From Pirellulales bacterium (GTDB lineage: Bacteria; Planctomycetota; Planctomycetia; Pirellulales; UBA7805), in NCBI GenBank assembly GCA_040878585.1, contig JBBDLY010000306.1, forward strand, positions 1-24,141: 24,141 bases of DNA. The letters are read 5' to 3'. A program made the translations under genes and the position numbers. Shown piece after piece: positions 18,430-24,141 of this stretch (within the stretch, counting starts at the first letter, position 1; each line of letters begins with the position of its first letter). A model generated the notes under the pieces. That model was not told where the DNA came from. It saw only the letters and a list, made by a program, of their open reading frames with translations, and ran no database searches.

Positions 18430-19158
18430 CTAATTCGCGCTAAAGTCGGGCGGGAACCTGCCACGCGTCCGATCTTGATCGCTTTCGTCCAACTCCGCGA
18501 TGCACTTTATCAGGCGTCTCGCTCGGCGATCGACATGAATCTCCTCCAGCAGCGTTTCCTTGATCTCCGTCGGCAAACTGAGCGTGTAGGCGACGATGTC
18601 CGTCAACGGCCCTAGCCCGACGTCGCCGTCGAGCAGCGGCGCCAGATGCTCGCGCGCCTCGCTAAGCCCTGACAGCGCCGTGCGAAACGCCTCGATTAAC
18701 TCCTCGTGCAACACTGCGATCGCTTCGTGTCCGCCGGCGGGATGGCAGTCCTCGACCAGCAGCGCTTTCGCTTCTCGATACGCCCGCGTTGGCGGCAGTT
18801 CCTCGACGAGCTGAATTCGAGACAGCCCCACCAGCAACAGATTGAACCGGCCGTCGGGCATGCGATGGTGGGTGACAATCTTGCCGAGGCAGCCAAACGG
18901 TTTTAGCGCCGGGCGGCCGTCGTAGTCCGCCTCCCAGCCTGGTTCAAACTGCGCCGTAGCGATCAGTCGGTCACCTGCGAGTGCATCCTCGGTCATTTCA
19001 CGATAACGCGGTTCGAAAATATGCAACGGTTGCATCACGTGCGGAAACAATACCAGGTTCGGCACTGGAAACAACCGCACGACGCCGCGGAAATCGGCTG
19101 GCACAAAGTGAGGTTCGTCCTGAATCGGCATGCGAGTCCTTGGCGGGGAAGTGGTCAT
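18430..19158 (-). CDS. Stand-alone Lon peptidase N-terminal (substrate-binding) domain protein
   Basis: VRLFPVPNLVLFPHVMQPLHIFEPRYREM, DGRFNLLLVGLSR and ETLLEE; no Walker motifs or protease domain. Confidence 0.85.
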   Translation of the reverse strand: MTTSPPRTRMPIQDEPHFVPADFRGVVRLFPVPNLVLFPHVMQPLHIFEPRYREMTEDALAGDRLIATAQFEPGWEADYDGRPALKPFGCLGKIVTHHRMPDGRFNLLLVGLSRIQLVEELPPTRAYREAKALLVEDCHPAGGHEAIAVLHEELIEAFRTALSGLSEAREHLAPLLDGDVGLGPLTDIVAYTLSLPTEIKETLLEEIHVDRRARRLIKCIAELDESDQDRTRGRFPPDFSAN

Positions 19159-19553
19159 CAGGTGCGAGCGGGCGGATCGAGATGGATCTCGGGAATTAGC
19201 TCCGGGTCAATCGTCAGCTTGGGAAACTCTTCGGTACTGGCGAGTACTTCGGCAAAGCATTCTTCAAATTGCTCGAACAGTCGCTCCAGGTCGACGCCCA
19301 TGTGATGGGGGCGAAAAGACTCCAAATGGTTGCGGCTGCTGACATACACTTTGCGAGCACCGCGAATGTTCTCGTTGACAAAGTGGTGCAAGGCGACCGC
19401 GACTTGGATCAATCCCTGATAAAACTCTCGGGAGGGGCCGCGATACTCGGTCCATACTTCTTCCCACGCCTCGTGGGCCTCGAAGAACTCACAGTCGTTG
19501 AAATAGCGGATCCCGACGAGATACAACTGGGGATAATCGGTAGTTTCATCCAT
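19158..19553 (-). CDS. DUF309-like protein
   Basis: FNDCEFFEAHEAWEEVW and YQGLIQVAVALHH, typical of DUF309; TGATG overlap with the Lon-N gene. Confidence 0.8.
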   Translation of the reverse strand: MDETTDYPQLYLVGIRYFNDCEFFEAHEAWEEVWTEYRGPSREFYQGLIQVAVALHHFVNENIRGARKVYVSSRNHLESFRPHHMGVDLERLFEQFEECFAEVLASTEEFPKLTIDPELIPEIHLDPPART

Positions 19554-19783
19554 CGGCGAGACTCTTTCGGCTGGAGGGACTATAGGCGCGCCCCATTGCG
19601 GACGGCCAGCGGCATTCGTTCCATTAGCATGGTAACCGGTCGCCCCCGACGAGGCGAGCGTGGCCGGCCAGTCGGCGAAGTTGCCGCCCCGGACGATGCC
19701 CCGTTATGTCGCTTCGCGGCATTTGCTACCATGAGTGGGTTGTCGGATCGGTTACGCAATCCACCCAATCGAGTCATCGAATC

Positions 19784-20626
19784 ATGAGTCATGGACACCC
19801 GCAAGCGGCCGAAACGCCCATCTCCCTGCAGCCGCGGGAGGGCTGGCATTGCCTGCATATTTACTATGCCTTCGACCGCGCAATGCTCAACGACTTCGCC
19901 GAGTACGAGATTGCCTCCGGACGGATGGACCTGATCGACATTCTCGATCCCCAGCAGGAGTTGTCTCCAGCGCGGCTGCAAACCTCGATCGTCTCGGGAC
20001 ATAAGGCCGATTTCGGCCTGATGATGATGGACCCCGACCCGCTCAAGCTCGATCGCGTCCATCAACGCCTGATGGCCAGCCCGTTGGGTTTGACACTTGA
20101 GCCGACCTACTCCTACGTTTCGATCAGCGATATCTCGGAATACGTGCCGAGCGTCGAGCAATATGGCAAGCGATTGGTCGAAGAGGGGGAGGCCGAAGGG
20201 AGCGCCGCGTACCTGGCGAAGCTCAAAGCCTACGAGCAGCGCGAAACGATGATGCGCAAACAGCGGCTGACGCCCGACTTTCCCGACTGGCCCGCCACCT
20301 GCTTTTATCCCATGAATAAAATGCGCCTACCGGGCGCGAACTGGTTCATGCTCGACTTTGAAACTCGCAATAAACTAATGGCTGAGCACGGCCGCAGCGG
20401 CATGAAGTTCGGCGGCAAGGTCACCCAGTTGATCACCGTCGGCGTAGGGCTTGACGATTGGGAGTGGGGCGTCACGCTGTGGGCCAAGAACCCGGAGTAT
20501 CTCAAGGAGATCGTCTACACCATGCGGTTCGACGAGGCGAGCGCCGCCTACGCCGAGTTTGGACCGTTCTATACGAGCTACGTCAGCACCGCTGAAAAAA
20601 TTCTCGACCATTGCGAGATTCGGTAA
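19784..20626 (+). CDS. chdC: Coproheme decarboxylase (ChdC/HemQ)-like, chlorite dismutase superfamily
   Basis: EGWHCLH, YSYVS, CFYPMNK, NWF, LMAEHG (proximal His), KVTQLIT (distal Gln), GLDDWEWGVTL and MRFDEASA. ATG at 19784 is preferred over 19706. Confidence 0.78.
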   Translation: MSHGHPQAAETPISLQPREGWHCLHIYYAFDRAMLNDFAEYEIASGRMDLIDILDPQQELSPARLQTSIVSGHKADFGLMMMDPDPLKLDRVHQRLMASPLGLTLEPTYSYVSISDISEYVPSVEQYGKRLVEEGEAEGSAAYLAKLKAYEQRETMMRKQRLTPDFPDWPATCFYPMNKMRLPGANWFMLDFETRNKLMAEHGRSGMKFGGKVTQLITVGVGLDDWEWGVTLWAKNPEYLKEIVYTMRFDEASAAYAEFGPFYTSYVSTAEKILDHCEIR

Positions 20627-20632
20627 AGCACC

Positions 20633-21205
20633 TCAGCCGACCTTCATTCGCTCGACCAATTGACGCCAGTTTTTACAGGACCATTCCAGTGACGGCGGGA
20701 GAGGGGGGTTCGATTGCATTCGTGCACATCGCTCGGCGAGTTTGTTGGCGGCATCGGCAACGGCTTTATTGTGCTTTACGCGTGGCCCTTCTACGCTTTC
20801 ATCTGTGGCGCCGTCGTTGAGATATTGAATCCAATTCTCCAGTCGGTCCTTGGCAAAAATAAAGACAACACCATCGAACTGTTCTTGGGTAATGCCTTCG
20901 GCCTCGGCTATTTCCCAAAACTTCGCCTTTAGTTGATCGCCGTTCTTCATGTCGTCGTCGAGGTCCGCCCAAACCAACAGGGCCGTCTTTGCGCCCGCAT
21001 TCAAACATGCTCTCAACTCTTGAGGCATTCTTGCCATCAATTCCTTACGGCCGCCACAATCAACCGGTCTCAACAGGTTGCTTCCCTTGAACGGCCTGAT
21101 CCAAGCCGGCTTGAGCGAGCGAATGAGTCGGTTAATGAAGACGGGGTCGATACTGCGCCCTTTCTTCCCCTCGTGAAGGCAGACAATTTGGGTTCGACTA
21201 GCCAC
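20633..21205 (-). CDS. Hypothetical TOPRIM-like protein, partner of the ATPase
   Basis: GTG at 21205 overlaps the ATPase stop (GTGGCTAG). Pattern: IVCLHEG...D, CGG, LLVWADLD (DxD), RLENW. Confidence 0.7.
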   Translation of the reverse strand: MASRTQIVCLHEGKKGRSIDPVFINRLIRSLKPAWIRPFKGSNLLRPVDCGGRKELMARMPQELRACLNAGAKTALLVWADLDDDMKNGDQLKAKFWEIAEAEGITQEQFDGVVFIFAKDRLENWIQYLNDGATDESVEGPRVKHNKAVADAANKLAERCARMQSNPPLPPSLEWSCKNWRQLVERMKVG

Positions 21206-22310
21206 CAACCCACCCCCGGGCAATCGCTTCTCCTGCTGAAATGCCAGCCGGAAACTTTAGCGGTCCAATTCGAGTTGGAGAAGTATGATTGTCGCGCCAC
21301 AGATAGTTGCCGCACTCTGCGCCAGCGCTTCCAAGGATCTCTGGATGATGTGAGATCAAAATCGCTTGATGCTCTGTGTCGAGCAATTCGCGCATTGCGA
21401 TTACCCATGGCTGCAACTCTGGCAAACCAACGTAATTGTCCGGCTCGTCGATCAAAACAATGTCGGCCGCACTGGTTTCGGCTGCAGCACGAATCATATA
21501 AAGGCCAACCAGCATTTTCTCACCATCCGAAAGCTGATGAAAGTAAAGTGGTTTTGTCTCATGTCCCAGCGCAGCGTCGAACCGAAGTTGTAGTGCTTTC
21601 GCATTCAAGCCAACATCAACGAGCTTAAACGACTTGAAATCCGGCCATACATTTTGCAGGGAATCTCGCAATACGTCGGTCCACTCTTGTTCCTGCGAAA
21701 GTGAACGATACCAGGAAAGTAAATTAGAGAGGTTCAGCGATGGTTGCCGCGACTCGCTTCTGCTTTCCGATTCCATGCCGAGCGGGTTCGGACGCAGGAT
21801 GAGAATCTTAGCCAGCGCCTCCTGTAAAATCTGAATGTCACTCGACGCGCCTGTTGGTTGAATCGCTCCTAAGGCTGCTTGTCGCCAGTCGAGTGGAAAG
21901 CCCGATTGAGTTCCGTCGGGTCGCGTAAAGGTCACGCCATCCAGATCACGAAAAAATAGTTGGCGACTATCACAGGTAGCGCTTTCCTTGATGATGCGCG
22001 GCTTCACGTCGTCGCGAACTTGTTCGAGGTGGAGTTTGTACTCAAACTCGTGTCCTCTTGCCTGAATCGTAAGCTCGAACTCCTGAGTTGTACTATTTAT
22101 CCAATTGCTAAACTCAAGCTCGGCGACGTCCTGTGGCCCGCCGCCGCCTAAGTTTGCTTTTGATGTTCCTAGATCGCGGATCAGTTTCAATACGTCGAAT
22201 ACGGAACTCTTGCCGGAACCATTCGGTCCGCAAAGTATTCCGAACGAGTCGAATGTCGCCTCGAATGCCACGAGGCATCGAAAGTTGTTTGCGTATAGTC
22301 GTGTAATCAT
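21198..22310 (-). CDS. ABC/AAA-type ATPase (AAA_15/AAA_21-like)
   Basis: MITRLYANNFRCL N-terminus, Walker A GPNGSGKS, signature LSDGE, Walker B IVLIDEPD and H-loop ISHHP; no TM segments. Confidence 0.9.
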   Translation of the reverse strand: MITRLYANNFRCLVAFEATFDSFGILCGPNGSGKSSVFDVLKLIRDLGTSKANLGGGGPQDVAELEFSNWINSTTQEFELTIQARGHEFEYKLHLEQVRDDVKPRIIKESATCDSRQLFFRDLDGVTFTRPDGTQSGFPLDWRQAALGAIQPTGASSDIQILQEALAKILILRPNPLGMESESRSESRQPSLNLSNLLSWYRSLSQEQEWTDVLRDSLQNVWPDFKSFKLVDVGLNAKALQLRFDAALGHETKPLYFHQLSDGEKMLVGLYMIRAAAETSAADIVLIDEPDNYVGLPELQPWVIAMRELLDTEHQAILISHHPEILGSAGAECGNYLWRDNHTSPTRIGPLKFPAGISAGEAIARGWVGG

Positions 22311-22425
22311 GAACCTACGCTTTTAAGCGTTCCCGTCGTTCAAGAAGCCATAGACGTCACCATCAGTTTATCGCACAGCGGTTGTCTATGCTACTGGCTG
22401 ATTGCTGCGAGCGCCGGGCCGCGGA

Positions 22426-24141
22426 TCATTCGGCGGACGATGACTTATTGTTCGTTTTGCGGTTGGATGTTTTTTCAGCGTTGCCACTAGGGCTGCTGCT
22501 ACCACGCCGTCCGCCGTTGTCGCTAGGCTCGATCAGCGGCTCGCCGCCACTGTCGTCGATGAGGATAATCGGTCCGCTGCTTGCTGACGACGCAGTGGGC
22601 TTCGCTTCCGGCAGCGGCTCGCTCGGCTGCGGGTTCTCGGATTCGGCTGAGTAAAACAGCACGCTCGAAATGCGTCGCTCTGTTTTCTCAATCAACGGAC
22701 TGTAGGCCAGACTGTACAGCACTGGCACCACCACCAAGGTCAGCAGCGTGGCCATTGCCAGTCCGTACACGACCGCCGCGCAAAGCGGTTGCCAAAACTC
22801 CGCGCCGCCCGACCAGTTTCCCAGCAGCGGCAATAGCCCCCCCATGGTCGTCACGGTCGTTAGCAGCACCGGTCGCAGGCGATTGACCCCCGCTTCGACA
22901 ATGGCGTCGTTGATCGCCATGCCGCGACGCCGCGCCCGATTGGCGAAATCGACCAGCACGATCGAGTCGTTGACGACGATGCCGGTCAGGCTGACCAATC
23001 CGATAAACGACGCTAAAGAGAAGGGAAAGCCCATGATCCAGTGGCCCACGATCACGCCAATGAAGCTCAACGGCACCGCCGACAGCACGATCATGGTTTG
23101 GCGAAAGCTGTTGAACTGCAACACCAAGATCGCGAAGATCAGAATCACGGCGATGGCCATCGCGTTGAGCAAGTAGGCAAAGTTCTTGTCCCGTTCCTCG
23201 TTCTCGCCGGTGAAAATGGCGCGGACTCCGTCGGCTTCCGTGCCGGGTGCGCCGAGAAAGGCAATCGCGTGGGCCTCCTGCGGATCTTTGCCCAGCAGGC
23301 TTAATATCCAGTTCCGCGTATTTTGCACGACCGCCATCACCCCGACCGGCCGTGGCGGCGGAACCGGGCGAAAGCCGAGTTCGGGCAGGATCTCCGCGCG
23401 CAACTGTTGGAACACGTCGTCCGGCTTCAGGCCGTTCTTCACGTCGCACTTGGCCAAGACCGCACGGCTTCGGTCGCGGCGATTAACGGAAAACAGGCCC
23501 ATATCGCGATGGATTTCGGTTAAGGTTCCAATCGGCGCCCGCTGCCCGCTGGGACTGACGATCATCAGCCGTTCCACGTCCTCCTTGGACCGCTGGAACT
23601 CCGGCGCCACTTGCAGCCGCACCGTCACATCTTCCTTTTCCAGTGGCAGTTCGATTGTCGTATCTCCAAGAATCGCCGTGGCGACCGATTGGGCGACCTG
23701 CGCCTCGGTCATTCCGTACAGACCGACCACCGCGGCGTTCGGCTCGACGACGATCTCGGGACTATCGGGGCGGTAGTCGGTCCGCGCGTCGGCGACGTTT
23801 GGGATTTGGGCGAATCGCGCTGTGATCTGTTCGGCATATCGGCCCAACCGTTCCACGTTGTCGCCGGTCAGGCGCACCGCTACGTCAGCGCCGCCGGGTG
23901 GCCCGTCTTGCGGTTGTTCAATCAGGATCTTGATGCCCGGCCATGGCTTCATGTTGGCGCGAATCTGCTTCTCGACGTCGTTGATATGTCGCTTTCGATC
24001 CAACGGTGAAGTGAGCTGCACCATCACGGTGCCAAACTCCGGCCCAGCCGCGGAGTCTCCCTCGAGGCGGCTGGCCAGTCCTTCCGAGGAGCCGATCGAG
24101 GTCACGTAGTGCAGCACCTCGCCCGATTGTTGTAAGTCGCG
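22426..24141 (-). CDS. RND efflux permease (AcrB/CzcA-like), 5'-truncated by the window edge
   Basis: LQFNSFRQTMIVLSAVPLS, GIVVNDSIVLVD and RLRPVLLTTVTTMGGLLPL. The frame stays open to position 24141. Confidence 0.9.
   Translation of the reverse strand, partial: RDLQQSGEVLHYVTSIGSSEGLASRLEGDSAAGPEFGTVMVQLTSPLDRKRHINDVEKQIRANMKPWPGIKILIEQPQDGPPGGADVAVRLTGDNVERLGRYAEQITARFAQIPNVADARTDYRPDSPEIVVEPNAAVVGLYGMTEAQVAQSVATAILGDTTIELPLEKEDVTVRLQVAPEFQRSKEDVERLMIVSPSGQRAPIGTLTEIHRDMGLFSVNRRDRSRAVLAKCDVKNGLKPDDVFQQLRAEILPELGFRPVPPPRPVGVMAVVQNTRNWILSLLGKDPQEAHAIAFLGAPGTEADGVRAIFTGENEERDKNFAYLLNAMAIAVILIFAILVLQFNSFRQTMIVLSAVPLSFIGVIVGHWIMGFPFSLASFIGLVSLTGIVVNDSIVLVDFANRARRRGMAINDAIVEAGVNRLRPVLLTTVTTMGGLLPLLGNWSGGAEFWQPLCAAVVYGLAMATLLTLVVVPVLYSLAYSPLIEKTERRISSVLFYSAESENPQPSEPLPEAKPTASSASSGPIILIDDSGGEPLIEPSDNGGRRGSSSPSGNAEKTSNRKTNNKSSSAE

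Larger units (their letters stand above)
20627..22425. other. Lower-GC two-gene insert
   Basis: Hand counts: 31/60 GC at 21301-21360 and 29/60 at 21661-21720, versus 36/60 at 20221-20280 and 38/60 at 23821-23880. No integrase or terminal repeats seen. Confidence 0.6.

Noticed and set aside
19784-20626. True chlorite dismutase
   Set aside because: The distal position is Gln (KVTQL), not the catalytic Arg, and the CFYPMxK motif fits ChdC.
20933-21628. 231-aa plus-strand ORF as a third island gene or antitoxin
   Set aside because: Fully antisense to two well-supported genes and has no motifs.
21198-22310. ABC transporter ATP-binding subunit
   Set aside because: No permease or binding protein nearby; the N-terminal RLYANNFR pattern and long insert between the Walker motifs fit SMC/AAA_21-like ATPases.
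22311-22425. Promoter and small hairpin upstream of the ATPase
   Set aside because: Only a weak TAAACT -10 without a convincing -35, and a 6-bp stem with a 2-nt loop; too little to call.

Overview
GC-rich bacterial chromosomal segment. The gene repertoire and repeat style suggest Planctomycetota, probably Pirellulales-like (inference). In order: (1) a membrane-anchored Ser/Thr kinase-fold protein with degenerate catalytic motifs; (2) an enolase-superfamily enzyme; (3) a divergent mrpA-B-C-D cation/H+ antiporter operon with no mrpE/F/G after it, running by ATGA overlap into a FabI-like reductase; (4) a minus-strand run of folE, a membrane protein, a Zn-ribbon membrane protein, a FAD/Fe-S oxidoreductase, moaD, moaE, moaA and a cysteine desulfurase, with a MITE-like element between the putative promoter and folE; (5) a DUF309-like and Lon-N-domain pair; (6) a coproheme decarboxylase (ChdC/HemQ)-like gene; (7) a lower-GC two-gene insert (ABC/AAA ATPase plus a small TOPRIM-like protein), the best candidate for an uncharacterised PARIS/OLD-like defence system; (8) the 3' part of an RND permease cut by the window end. 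No rRNA, tRNA, CRISPR array or transposase was recognised. All calls come from motif reading by eye; no searches were run.
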